A stretch of 64,000 nucleotides of DNA from Octopus sinensis. Lineage: Eukaryota. The notes under the pieces were generated by a model. The model was given only the letters and a program-made list of their open reading frames with translations. It ran no database searches and had not been told where the DNA came from. Of this stretch, positions 51,054 through 63,838 are shown in pieces. The position numbers and the translations under genes were made by a program. The first letter of the stretch is position 1. Each line of letters opens with the position of its first letter. The stretch lies in contig NC_043005.1 in assembly GCF_006345805.1 (NCBI RefSeq), positions 35,774,001 to 35,838,000 of the forward strand, in the 5' to 3' direction.

Positions 51054-51305
51054 CGCAGTTTGATTGCTGTTTAAATAAATCTTGAAGTTGCGACAGGCAG
51101 TACAGTCGGATGATGTAAGCCCATGACATTCATTCAAACACTCTTTGTGGCATTTAATACATTTCTTCTGTTCTCTATCACTAAAATAGCTACTTGGACA
51201 TTTTTTTGTGCAGTATGGTTGCAATCTAAAGTGGCGACAGTCTTTGCAGGAATAATTCCCTTTGTCATAACATGATTTGCATTCTTCATGACAAGGAACA
51301 CATAA
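51054..51305 (-). CDS. Egfr: EGFR exon: two furin-like repeats (LCVPCHEECKSC...CIKCHKECLNECHG...NQTA)
   Basis: Acceptor tctttacAG, donor GTAGGG; 252 nt = 84 codons. Confidence 0.95.
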
Positions 51306-52502
51306 CTGTAAAGAAAAAGAAATTTTTTTCAGTTTTGCAGGAATGAAAGAACATTGCACATTGATTAAAAGAATTAATTAAGAGAATTCAAAAATCAGAA
51401 ATTGTTTTAGTAATCATCATCATTTTAGTATTCACTTTTCCAATGATTGCATGAGCTTGATGGAAATAACTAAGGCAGATTTACTACAGCTGGGTGATGT
51501 TCCTGCTGCCAACCTTCAATTGCTTCCAAGCAAGGAAACATTTCTGAATTGCCAGACGTTTGTAGAATGGTGGAAATGTCTAACATTGCTTGTGTAGCAA
51601 GTAGTCATTTTGAAATAAGGTGCCAATTGGCAATATGACGTAATGTCGTATTGCCGAAGAATTATTATTTTCGTTTTTTCCATTGGTTAATATAACTGCT
51701 CATATAAGGATTCTAAAAGGTTACGTAAAGAATATTTGTAATGGATTTCGATTCTTTTAAGTCAAGTTGAGCAGTTATAAAAACCCTGGATTTTGGGAAA
51801 AACTTAAGTGTTTGTTGGATGTAACTGAACTCCATGACACTCACTCCTTTGAGACATTGGTGATTTTTCATGCCATGTCCAAAGAAAATCACAAGTCTAT
51901 TTTGAATTGTTGATTCATCTATTAGTTAGATTTATGAATTAGCTAGTGAAATATATAGTCGTACTTCTACACGACGAAAATTATCTTTTCTTTCACATGT
52001 ACATAATATAAAATGTTATATTTATATAATAAAACTAATTAAGAAAATGTTTCTCTTCACGTTTGTTTTTCAACTGTATATAAATAAATATGCATTTCTG
52101 TAATCATTAAATTATATTTTCTTATAGCAGTTAAAAGAACACGAAGATAATATTATACATACATGACGCTAATATTCTTAGTGTTCCATAAGTAGATTTC
52201 TCTACGGCGTTATATACTGTAGTTCGGATTTGCGTATAATGATAACACTTAAGTTATAAGTGACATTTTAATCATTATATACACCCTTACTAAAAAAGCC
52301 AAATAAAATAATCTATTTCCCAATAGGAAACACCATAAATAGCATTACATTACTGTAACAAAACTAAATAGAGAATATACTATAATAATATAACCTAAGA
52401 GAAAGCTCATGGTAGCTTAATACTGCTATACTTGTATGACTAACATTTATAACTGCCATGCAATATCATGACAAGGAGACAATAACACACATATGTATAT
52501 AT

Positions 52503-52545
<43 letters not shown>

Positions 52546-52840
52546 CATATACATGGTTTTTAAGAAGTTAGAAATTATGGCTGGTCATAAAGTGACCATT
52601 GGTTTCACAACTATAACGTACTTATCAGTATAGGCAACTCGTCTGACTTAAATGGCTGAAGGCCATTTTTTGTTTTTTAGTCTGACAAGTTGCCTCTACT
52701 GTTAATCGTTTTATAGGTGTGAAACCAATGGTTGCTCTATGGCTGGCCATAACTTTTATCTTCCTCAAAAATATATTACTGCTCTAATGCTTTAGAGTGT
52801 GTTTCATTTTTAGGTATATGAACTACTGACAATATATTAT

Positions 52841-53229
52841 ACTCTCTTACTCTTTTACTCTTTTACTTGTTTCAGTCATTTGACTGCGGCCATGCTGGAG
52901 CACCGCCTTTAGTCGAGCAAATCGACCCCGGGACTTATTCTTTGTAAGCCCAGTACTTATTCTATCGGTCTCTTTTGCCAAACCGCTAAGTGACCGGGAC
53001 GTAAACACACCAGCATCGGTTGTCAAGCAATGCTAGAGAGACAAACACAGACACACATACATATATACAACAGGCTTCTTTCAGTTTCCGTCTACCAAGT
53101 CCACTCACAAGGCTTTGGTTGGCCCGAGGCTATAGCAGAAGACACTTGCCCAAGATGCCACACAGTGGGACTGAACCCAGAACCATGTGGCTGGTTAGCA
53201 AGCTACTTACCACACAGCCACTCCTGCGC
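52841..53229 (-). mobile_element. tRNA-derived SINE family B, young copy
   Basis: Reverse complement closely matches 47068-47473. Confidence 0.88.
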
Positions 53230-54471
53230 TTATACACATATATGTGAAGGCAGTGGTTAGTTTATCCAGCTCATGATCGTAAGGTGGTGAGTTCAGTTCT
53301 TGGTGGTGCATTGTATCATTGAGCAAGACACTTTATTTCCCATTACTCCAGTCTACCCAGCTGGCGAAAATGAGTAGTACCTGTATTTCAAAAGAGTAGC
53401 CTTGTCACATTCCGTGTCATGCTGAATCTCCCTGGGAACTATGTTGAGAGTATGTGTGTCTGTAGAGTGCTCAACCACTTGCACATTAATTCATGAGCAG
53501 GCCGTTCTACTGAACAGATCAACTAGAAAACTGGAATCTTTGTTGTCATAACTGATAGAGTGCCAGTTAATACATACATGCATGAATGTATGTATACATA
53601 CGTATATGCATATATACATTCATACATACATTACTACATGTGGTCTATTGGCAATTTCTTCTTCTCCTCCTTCTTAGGACTTTTTCCTTTCTCCTTACCA
53701 ACAAAGAGCTATGCTCAAAACGTTAAAACTTCTTCTTTTTACTGAGTGTCAAGCTAATGTACTTCTTATGTACATCCTCATGTTCATTGTTTTTCTTTCT
53801 TTTTTTTTTTGTATCTGTTTATTTGCATTGTTTGTTTACTTGAATTGACTGGCCTCAGCCTTAGGGCGGAAACACATACAGAATAAGAATATATAAATAT
53901 ATAAATATATAAATATATATATGTGTGTATATATATATATATGTATAGCCAAGTGAAATCATAGTTGTGGCTGGTACCAGTGACACATTACAACATTTGT
54001 GCTGGTGACATGTAAAAGCACATGTGCCAGTGACACGTTAAAGGCAACCACTACACTCTCGGAGTGGTTGGCATTAGGAAAGGCAGTCAGCCACAGAAAC
54101 CAAACCAAATTCAGACAGGAACCCATGTAGCTCTCTGGCTTACCAGTTCTAGTCAAGCTGTCTAACTCATGCCAGCATGAAAAGCAGATGTTAAACGATG
54201 ATGATATGTGCAGTGAACTTCTTCAAATCCACCCAGAAGGCTTAGGTTTGCTGAGGGCTATAGTATAAGTCAATTGTCCAAGGTGTCATGCAGTGGGACT
54301 GAACCTGGAATCATGTGGTTGAGAAGCTAACTTCTTAGCCATACAGTCACATATGTGCCTCAAGGCTATAATTTGACTTACACTTCAACAAATTAGATAA
54401 GGTTAGAAACAGTCAAATACAAATTAGAAAATTTCTTGTGAAGATAAAAGTAAAATAAAAGTCAAAATTAC

Positions 54472-54643
54472 AATTTTCCCTTTCATCTGTGGCATTTTAT
54501 CTTCCTTGTAATTTCTATGGTAATCATCCGGACATTCAAAGCTCTCCGCTAAGAAACATACAACTCTGCCATCAGTCTGCTGAAGTCCAATAGCACAGCT
54601 ATGGCAGCCACCAATTTTTAGTTCATTACTTGGGCCAGAACAT
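54472..54643 (-). CDS. Egfr: EGFR exon: Cys-rich repeat (CSGPSNELKIGGCHSC...KGKI)
   Basis: Acceptor ctcttcaAG, donor GTAATT; 172 nt, phase 2 to 0. Confidence 0.93.
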
Positions 54644-55171
54644 CTTGAAGAGAAAATACATTTTAAAAAATTAATAGAGAATAACAAATAATTGTAATTA
54701 ATAATTAGAACTGTTTTCTAATTTTCACACACAGCCAGCAATGTTGAAGGGAGAGGGTAAACTGATAGAGTCTGTCTGAGTATTTGACTTGTACTTTATT
54801 TTATCACAACCAAAAGGATGAACAGCAAAGCCAACCTTGGCAGCATTTGATCTCAGTATAAAGAATTGGAAATGTAGCTTGCTACCTTTATATACATGAT
54901 ATTAATGGTTTGTAAGGTGGTGAGCTTATGTATATACAACAGGGTTCTTTCACTCAAAGCTTTGGTTAGCCTGTGTATATATGTGCATTTAAGTGTAAGA
55001 CCAGATATGTGTGTATGTATGCATGTGCATTTGTTTGTGTGTGTATGTATGTATGCGTGTAATTTAGTAATGAACTCAAACCAAATAGTGATATTTTGAA
55101 AGCATTTAATACATATGTTTCAGATTTGCATCTCCTAATACAATAATGAGCATAGTGTTTTTATATATTTG

Positions 55172-55202
<31 letters not shown>

Positions 55203-55220
55203 TTATATATTTATTTTATT

Positions 55221-55557
55221 GTGAAGGCGCGTGGCTCAGTGGTTAGAGCATCGAGCTTACGATCGTGAGGTTGTGAGCTCGAATCCCGGACCGGGCTGCA
55301 TGTTGTGTTCTTGAGCAAGATACTTTATTTCACGTTGCTCCAGTTCACTCAGCTGTAGAAATGAGTTGCGACGTCACAGGTGCCAAGCTGTATCGGCCCT
55401 TGCCCTTCCCTTGGACAACATTGGTGACGTGGAGAGGGGAGGCCGGTATGCATGGGCGACTGCTGGTCTTCCATAAAACAACCTTGCCCAGACTTGTGCC
55501 TCAGAGGGTAACTCTCTAGGTGCAAACCCATGGTCAGTGTCTGACCGAAGGGGGTCA
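55221..55557 (+). mobile_element. tRNA-derived SINE family D; other copies at about 27865-28100 and 42118-42430
   Basis: A-box TGGCTCAGTGG, B-box-like GAGCTCGAATCC, then TTGAGCAAGATACTTTAT body. Confidence 0.85.
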
Positions 55558-55790
55558 CCATATTTATTTATATATTTATTTATATTTTTGTCCAAAACCA
55601 TAGAGTAGGAGAAAGAGTAGTACAAGAGAAGGGAGAGGAGAGAAAATAGTAATTCAGTGAAGGAGAAGTAATGAGAGTAATAGCCCTGACAGAGAGATAG
55701 TGATGGAAAATAATAGCAATGGAGAAAGGAAGGGGTGAAAAAAAATCAGCATTTCAACTCTGTGTGAGTATATGTGTATGTAAAAGGGAT

Positions 55791-56106
55791 GGAGGCGCAA
55801 TGGCCCAGTGGTTAGGGCAGTGGACTTGCAGTTGGAGGATTGTGGTTTCGATTCCCAGACTGGGCGTTGTGTGTGTTTATTGAGCAAAAAAACACCTAAA
55901 GATCCACGAGGCTCCGGCAGGGGGTGGAGGCAACCCCTGTTGTACTCTTTTTGCCCCAACTTTCCTCTCACTCTTTTTTCCTGTTTCTTGAGTAACGCTG
56001 CGATGAACTGGCGTCCCGTCCAGCTGGGGGGAACACATACGCCACAGAAACCGGGAACCCGGGCCCATGAGCCTGGCTAGGCTTGAAAAGGGCGCATAAA
56101 TAAATA
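55791..56106 (+). mobile_element. tRNA-derived SINE family E; related head at 57123-57420
   Basis: GGAGGCGCAATGGCCCAG head and GGTTTCGATTCCC B-box shared by both copies. Confidence 0.8.
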
Positions 56107-56374
56107 ATGAAATGTAAAGGGGTATGTGAATGTGCATGCATGTGTGTGTGTGTGTGTGTGTGTGCAATGGAAATGGGACAGTGAACGTTCATTGATGAAA
56201 AGAAAAATAAAACATTTCAACTCTATGTGAGTATATGTGTGTATGTTCATGCATGTACAAAGGAAGTATGTATATGTTTGTACCTGTGATTATTATGTAC
56301 CTTACTTTATATCTTATTTATATATAAAACACTACAATTAGCCGTCCTTTTTATGGCACTGGTTTAGCTAATAA

Positions 56375-57037
56375 TCTATATATATAAAACTGTAGTTGTG
56401 TGAGTGTCTGTCCCCTTCGATTTAGATTCCTAACTACTCCCACATTTTGCGGTGCAGTTTAACCAAATTCGGGTATCTTATAGTCGTGATTCATATCGAA
56501 CCCGTCTGGGTATTAGCGCGCGTCTACGCTGAGTCTACGATTTTAAAAATAATTTAACATCATTTTTTATTCCATTTTAATGCATAATTTTTCGTGTGTC
56601 GATGGCGGCGGAGTTGGCGTCCATGGTCACACCTGCACCTGTGTTGCTTCTCCCCCTTCTTCCCTCCCTCATGAAGCTGTGGGGAAGGGAGTGTAAGGAA
56701 ATCAACGTCGTAAAGCATTGTCAAGGAGACCAGCGTTCTTTTAGAACGACTTCATGGCTTGAAGTCACCAAAACAGAAATGGCTAAGAAAGCGTCTACGA
56801 TGAGTCTACGATTTAAAAAAAAATTTACCATCAATTTTTTCCATTTTAATGCATTTTTTCGCTATTATATAAGGGAAGTAACTCTCTAAAAATGTCTACG
56901 ATGAGTCAACGATTTAAAAAAAAAATTACCATCGTTTTTTATTCCATTTTTAATGCATTTTTTTGCTGTAACTCTCTAAAAATGCTTATATAGTTATTTC
57001 CCTTACAAACCCGAGCAACGCCGGGCGATACTGCTAG
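56375..57037 (+). mobile_element. Non-autonomous Helitron
   Basis: A|TC at the 5' end (TCTATATATATAAA), GC hairpin CCCG-AGCAACGC-CGGG at 57010-57025, CTAG|T 3' end, no TSD. Confidence 0.88.
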
Positions 57038-58039
57038 TATATGATAAAGAAATACATCCATTACAATGTAATGCTTTAACTGAGGAAAGCTTATGTAATG
57101 ATTGCATAAACTTTCCATACGTGGAGGCGCAATGGCCCAGCGGATCCGTGGTCGTAGGATTGCGGTTTCGATTCCCAGACCGGGCGTTGTGAGTGTTTAT
57201 TGAGCGAAAACACCTAATTCTCTACAAGGCTCCGGCAGGAGGTGGTGGCGATCCCTGCTATACTCTTTCGCCACAACTTTCTCTCACCCTTTCTTCTGTT
57301 GGCCTGCTCGCTTAGCCAGCGGGGTGGCGTCATTTGAAGGCTAAAACAATGCGAAGCGCATTGTGACCAGCGATGTGTAACAATATCTGATAGACTGGTC
57401 GGTCATGGTGATCACGGTGATATACGCATACATGTGTATCCATTTGTATGTGTATGTATGTATTATGTGTGTGGACTTGTACGTGGGCATGTGTGCATGT
57501 TTGTGTAAGCTCTGTGTGTGTGTGTGTCTTTGCATGCATACATGTGGTATGTGCATGCATTTCCAGTTGGTAATAATTTTTATCGTTCATGTTTTATCTT
57601 TTACTTGTTTCAGTCATTAGACTGTGGCCATGTTGGGGCACTGCTTTGAAGAATTTTAGTTAAATGAACTGACACCATTACTTTTTTATTTTTTTTTTAC
57701 CAAGCCTGGTACTTATTCTTTTTAATGAACTGCTAAGTTACAGGAATGTAAACACACCACCACCGGTTAACAAGTGGTTGAGGGACAAACACAAACACAA
57801 ACACACACACACACAAACACACACAAGGATTCTTTCAGTTTCCATCTACCAAATCCACTCACAAGGCTTTGGTCAACTTGAGGCTATAGTAGAAGACACT
57901 TGTGCAAAGTGGCATGCAATGGGACTGAACCCAGAACCATGTGGTTGGGAAACAAACTTCTTATCACACAGCCATGCCTTTACCTATAATAATTATCTAT
58001 ATTTGTTAAAAGCTGAATTAAACAAAATTGTAGAGATAC

Positions 58040-58167
58040 CCAGAATCACAATCCTTATGGCACTGTTGGCAGATCTTTTTCTGGTTTGGAAACATGTTGA
58101 GAGGACATTCATTAATGCAGCTGGAACCAAGTTGCACTTTTAAACAGCTATCACAGTTAGTGTCATT
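58040..58167 (-). CDS. Egfr: EGFR exon: Cys-rich repeat (NDTNCDSC...CQQCHKDCDSG)
   Basis: Acceptor gattgcAG, donor GTATCT; 128 nt, phase 0 to 2, compatible with both neighbours. Confidence 0.93.
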
Positions 58168-59834
58168 CTGCAATCAATAAAAAGAAAATATTACAACATT
58201 AAGCCTTGTAAGAAACTACATCTGATATTGATATTGTTTTGAGGTTACATGTTTCACATATTTGTTATCATGTGACGCCACTTGTTGGTCACATGATCAT
58301 TACTATTTAGCACTTTTGATATCAACTCATCAGAGACTATCCCTGTTTCTATGATACAAACCTCCTGTTTTAAACTCATCTAAATTAAAATATACTATCA
58401 AAATTTGAAGTCAATTTGTGTTCCATACACTACTATAATAATCCTCTCTACTGCTATCTGGGTGTTTCACACTATCTTTATAATAACAAGTTTATGTTAC
58501 TAAATCAGTCATTATTTTCAAAATTAATTGAAACAAAGGCAATGTATTTGAACAGAAATAATAATAGTAATAAATAATAGTAATAAAAGGGTTAAAGACA
58601 GATTTCTTCTTCCCCTCTCCCTCTCTCTCTTTGGGAGAGGCACTGAGCACCTACACGCACATATACACACACAGCAGTAACTTCCACCTACTGAATTCAA
58701 TCACAAAGCTTCGGTCAGCTCGGGGCTATAGCGGAAGACACCTGCCCAAAGTGCCACGCAGTGGGACTGAACCCGAAACCACATAGCTAGGAAGCAAGTT
58801 CCCTAACCACACAGCCATGCCCACGCCTACAAAAATGTATGCACATATACGCAGCACTATGCGTGTGGCAAGCTTTCTACGGCCGGATGCCCTTCCTGAC
58901 GCCAACCCTCACCTGTTGCCAAGCGAGGTAGTTTTTTCCCTATTCTTCTTTATTACATAGCAGGTGACCAGAAGGTGAGGTTGTCTTCTCAAACAATACA
59001 TCACTGTGGATGCTGATGGATGATGATGGATTTTGGTAATGATGTTATTCTATGCTTTCCTATCCATGGTGCTGGCCTTAGCATGCTCAAGGTTGAGGCA
59101 CTACGACTTCAGGTTTTCCTTAATTTGTTTCACCCATGTGTTCTTTGTTGCACTGCACTGGATTCTCCAGTGTGTGGGTAGCTGCCACCACAAAAGTTGG
59201 TGTAGTAGTCTTCCCGGTGCTCATCCTACAGATGTGGCCAATGTAGCCTGCACTTCAATGATTCGCTGCTACTGTTTCAATGATTGTATGTAGCTGTTTG
59301 AGATTAGGTCACATAGAGAGACACCAAGGATCTGACAAAGACACTGCATTTGGAACACCTTGAGCTTGTTCAGGTCTTGCTTGAGCATGGTCTCAGCTAG
59401 AGTTCAATGTTGGGACTTGGTTTATGGTGTTAAATATAGTCTCTGGAGGTAAAGAACCTCCCGTGATTATGGCTTCACTCTGATGAATATTTTGCAGTGA
59501 GACCTCTATTGCTGGAACTAAGTTCTTGGCAGATTATAATAACAACCTGGGTGTGACTTACAGTAAATGTCAATGAATTGATATTGTACAAATGTCCAGT
59601 AATAATAGAGGAGGTGCCATAAAATGAAGGAGTCTATCAAAGTATTTGTGGAAGAGCTTGGTATGAAAGGCCAAGCTACTAATGGTTACCTAATACATAA
59701 AGCTTCAAACGAGTGATATCTATTGGAAATTGTCAGAGCTAAAAACCAGTGTAGTTGGATAAAATATTGATTTGAACACTAGACCTTTTGGCTTTCAATC
59801 AGGAAACTCATTTTATACTACTATAATTTTGATA

Positions 59835-59837
59835 GAC

Positions 59838-59868
<31 letters not shown>

Positions 59869-59960
59869 CAGCAGCAGCAGCTGCTGCTGCAGCAACAGAA
59901 GCTGCAACAACAGCAGAAGTAGTAGTAATGATGATGATTATCATCATCATCATCATCACC

Positions 59961-60015
<55 letters not shown>

Positions 60016-60056
60016 TAATAATAATAATCATAATAATAATAATAATAATAATAATA
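59835..60056. repeat. Compound trinucleotide microsatellite (TAG)n(CAG)n...(ATC)n(AAT)n
   Basis: Direct reading; it explains the poly-Ile/poly-Tyr ORF-track entries. Confidence 0.95.
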
Positions 60057-61070
60057 GGAAGTACGGCAACTATTGTTGCAAAGAAGTTGAAAATAATGGC
60101 AACGAAAAAAGCGCACAAGCAATTGGCTGATAGGTGGGAGGAGAAACCTCTGCACGGCAAATATGTGGCCCGCAGCAAACAAGCTGATGTTGACCAGAAG
60201 CAAACCCATCAGTGGCTACGGAGCTCAGGGCTAAAAGCAGAGAGCGAAGGTTTCATCCTGGCTGCTCAAGATCAAAGCCTATTAACCTGGAACTACCAGG
60301 CCAATGTGATAAAAAATGGAGCAGACCCAAAATGCCGATTCTGCAACGACATGATTGAAACAGTGGACCACCTAATCTCTGGATGTAAAGTCTTAGCACC
60401 AGTGGAGTATAAATTAAGACATGACAGAGTTGGCCAATATCTACACTGGCTAATAAGTCGGCATTACAATATCAAAACTGCCGACAAGTGGTATAATCAC
60501 CACCCTGAGGCTGTAACTGAAGGAGAAAATGTAACCATTCTGTGGGACTTTCCAGTACATACAGACCGAACCATCAAGGCCAATAAACCAGATATTGTTG
60601 TGAAAGACCAAAACAATAAAGTTTGCTTATTGATCGACATGAGCATCCCCTGTGATCATAATATCTCAGCGAAAGAGTTTGACAAGCTCAGGAAATATAA
60701 AGACCTACTCATTGAAATTGAGAAAATGTGGCATCTCAAGGCGGTTACAATACCAGTGATCGTAGGAGCACTAGGAATGATCAAGAAGGGAACCGAAAAT
60801 TATATGAGAATGATCCCTGGCTTACCATCCCTGCAAGAAGTGCAAAAGATTGTCTTAACTGGTACATCACACATATTGAGAAGAGCATTGTCGATGTGAG
60901 AACTGTTGCTGCTCATGTATTTTAATTTAACTTAAAAAAAAAAAAATGAACGAACTATTGAGTTTGGTTTAATGGCCTACCAATGTATACTATGAGTTTC
61001 TTTGCCCTAGGAGTTGGGAAGACACTCGGCAAGAAATGGAAGCAAATTTGAAAGAAGAAAAAAAAAGTAA
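60057..61070 (+). mobile_element. Young 5'-truncated R4/Dong-like RLE non-LTR retrotransposon
   Basis: Uninterrupted frame to TGA at 60899 with CCHC knuckle (CRFC...DHLISGC) and RLE motif (KPDIVV...IDMSIP...KYKDL); (AAT)n on both sides. Confidence 0.92.
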
Positions 61071-61109
61071 TAATAATAATAATAATAATAGCAACAACAA
61101 TACCAACAG

Positions 61110-62270
61110 CTTTAACATAATATACCAGAAGATCAGTGAATTGAGAAACCTAGATAGAAAAACCAGAAAACTACTAACAGTGTACCGAAGTCACCACCCC
61201 AAAGCAGATACAAACAAAACATATCTATCCTGCTCAGAAGGGGTCTGTGGCCTGATACAGATAGAGAGTTACTATAAAATAACAACAGTTAGACTAGGAA
61301 AGTACTTAGAAACAAAGAGTGGGAGTCTACTGCATCTAGTAAAGCAACACAAGAAAAAGAAAACACTTATCTCTATAGACAAGGAGGCACCACAATACAA
61401 AACAGAAGCAAACTACACTGATACATTGACCTCAGATGACAACATGGCAGAAATGGTCGAAGAAACAAAATCAACATGAAAATAGAATTACAAAAGATAC
61501 TGAAAAAGAAATGGAGAGAAAAATCACTCCATGGCCAATATCCTGCAAGTCTTGACAGAGAGTAAGTGAACCTAACTAAAAGCCAACAATGGCTCAAAGG
61601 GCCCTGGACTAAAAGCTGAAACGGAAAGAGTAGTTTTTGCTGCACAAGACCAATGTCTAACAACAAACAATTATAAAAACGAAATAATGAAAACAGGCCC
61701 CAACACAAAACGTAGAATGTGCAACTAGCACAGTGAAACAGTTGAACACATCATCTCGGGCTGCCCAGTCCTTGCCAAGTCTGAATATATATACAGATAT
61801 AACAAAGTAAGCAGTTATATCCACTGGACAATATGCCAACATTACAACATTTAAGCTGAAAATAGGTGGTATAAGCATGAGCCAAACAAGGTACAAGACA
61901 ACAACCAGGCCACAATCATCTGGGATATGCCAGTTCAAACCGACAAAAAAATAAAAGCTAACCGCCCAGACATAATAATCAAGGATTGGGAAAAAAAACA
62001 CCTGCTTATTGATAGAAATTGCAGTTCCTTCTGATCAAAATATTATTAAAAAAGAAGTGGAGAAATTGTCAAAGTACAAAGACCTTGAAATTGAAGTATT
62101 CAAAATGTGGGACATGAAGATAAAAACAATACCAATAATAATTGGAGCATTGGGCATGACAAAAAACATAGAAGTTATAAAGCTATACCTGGAGCCTCAA
62201 TACTACACATTGTTCCAAAACTAGCCCTGCTAGGAACAGCCTGCATCCTACACAAGACACTATCAATCCA
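61110..62270 (+). mobile_element. Older degenerate R4/Dong-like fragment
   Basis: LDRKTRKLLT...SHHPKAD...GLIQIE and IEIAVPSDQN...KYKDLEIE...IPIIIGALG pieces with frameshifts. Confidence 0.85.
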
Positions 62271-62624
62271 ATAATACAACCTAAACAAAACAACGCACAA
62301 ATACAAGGACACACTCTATACAGTATTTACTCAGTGAAATAAACTTCCACCAGCAAGCTAGATAACCAATGCATTACACACTCAACACACAATACAAGCA
62401 GTAACACAACGAAAGACTGAACCACACCTCAAGTGGGAAAAAACACAATACAGTACTGGGAAGAGTTTGCACATTCCCAACAGCAGAAAAGAACACACAA
62501 TGCTGCACACACCCCAGAAACACAGAGGTGTAGCAGGTGATGCAGTAGAAATTTGCCTCAAACTACCAAATGTTGAACAGTTATATAATAATAATACTAT
62601 AAAAACAAACAACTAGAGTAAAAA

Positions 62625-63600
62625 TATATATGGGGAGAATGTGTCAGAAAAATGTTGAGCCTGTGGATCTTGGAATGAGACAGTGGCACAAATTGTGGGA
62701 GAATGCTCCAAGTTGGCACAGGAAAAATATAAGAAATTGAGGCACGACCAGGTTGTACAAATTTTACACTGGAAACTGTGCCAGAAATGGAGATTTGAAG
62801 CAAGAAACACATGGCACAATCATTGAGTCAAAAGAGTATTGGAATTGGAGAAAAGTAAGATTTTGTGGGACTTTCCTATTGAAACGGGCATGAAGTTAGA
62901 AAATAATAGACCAGACATTACAATTATAGATAAGGGAAAGTGAAATTGCTTACTTATTGACCCATCATGCCTGTTTGATTCCAGGATCATAACGAAAGAG
63001 GAAGAAAAAGTAAAAAAATACAATCCTTTAAATTTTGAAATAGGAAGAATTTGGAGCATGTGAACAGTAAAGACTGTCCTTATAATAATTGGTGCATTGG
63101 GAACAGTAAAAATATAGATATATATATAATTAAAATCTTAGGGTAGCAAGAATATTCATAGAAAAATTCTTAGTTACCAGTGGTCTAGCGAGAAAGGAAA
63201 AATTAGTCAATAGACTATATATTATTCAAAGAAGAATACAGTGTACGTTCAGACACAAAAAAGATACCCGAAGAATAGGATATCTGACTCGCTAGAAAGA
63301 GCAGTTAAAACTCCAAGCCACCAACTGTTGTAATTTCGAAAGTGACTGGAAAATAAAGAAGGAAATTGAAATAGAATGCCCAGTAGGGCTCCTACAGAAA
63401 GTTTGTCTCTTAGGGACAGCAAGGATTATCAAGAAGATTCTAAGCACTTGAAAAACTGCTGAAAATTTGTGGATACCTAAGGTTACAGGTAGTAACCTGC
63501 TACCCACCTAAATCCTACCTGGAATAAGATTGAACCTGAGCCAAATCAAAATGGTGATGATGATGATGATGAAATTGATGAAATTGATGATGATGATGAT
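62625..63600 (+). mobile_element. Third degenerate R4/Dong-like fragment, interrupted at about 63110-63340, ending in a (GAT)n(AAT)n tail
   Basis: ETVAQIVGECSKLAQEKYKKLRHDQVV, NNRPDI, IIIGALGTV, then LQKVCLLGTARIIKKILST*. Confidence 0.75.
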
Positions 63601-63638
63601 AATAATAATAATCATAATAATAATAGAAATACACTCAC

Positions 63639-63838
63639 ACGTCCAGTGCAACTATTTGCACATTGTGAATGGCATTTCTTGCAGATTTTATTACCAGCGT
63701 CGTAATGTAATGGCACACTGGAGCAAGAAGCAACACAAAGATTTATTTTCTTAATACAGTAATTGGCACAGCTTAAGCATTGTTTAGGACCAGCGCCCCA
63801 ACATCCATTCTTGCATTGAGGATCACATGTCTTATTTC
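63639..63838 (-). CDS. Egfr: EGFR exon: start of Cys-rich domain IV (NKTCDPQCKNGCWGAGPKQCLSC...CTGR)
   Basis: Acceptor cttcttcAG, donor GTGAGT; 200 nt = 2 nt + 66 codons; GCWGxGPxQCLSC furin-like motif. Not in the ORF track in this frame. Confidence 0.95.

Noticed and set aside
55224-55295. tRNA-like sequences (also about 19800, 38490-38561, 47070, 55791, 57123)
   Set aside because: A/B boxes are present but acceptor stems do not pair and each runs into a repeated body; these are SINE-type heads, not tRNA genes.
59808-60209. Poly-Tyr/Ile/Cys ORFs, and the many 60-120 aa ORFs such as YQIHSQGFG..., FLWLDALPNANHS... and YIYIYI
   Set aside because: These are translations of microsatellites and SINE/LINE-UTR repeats, not genes.
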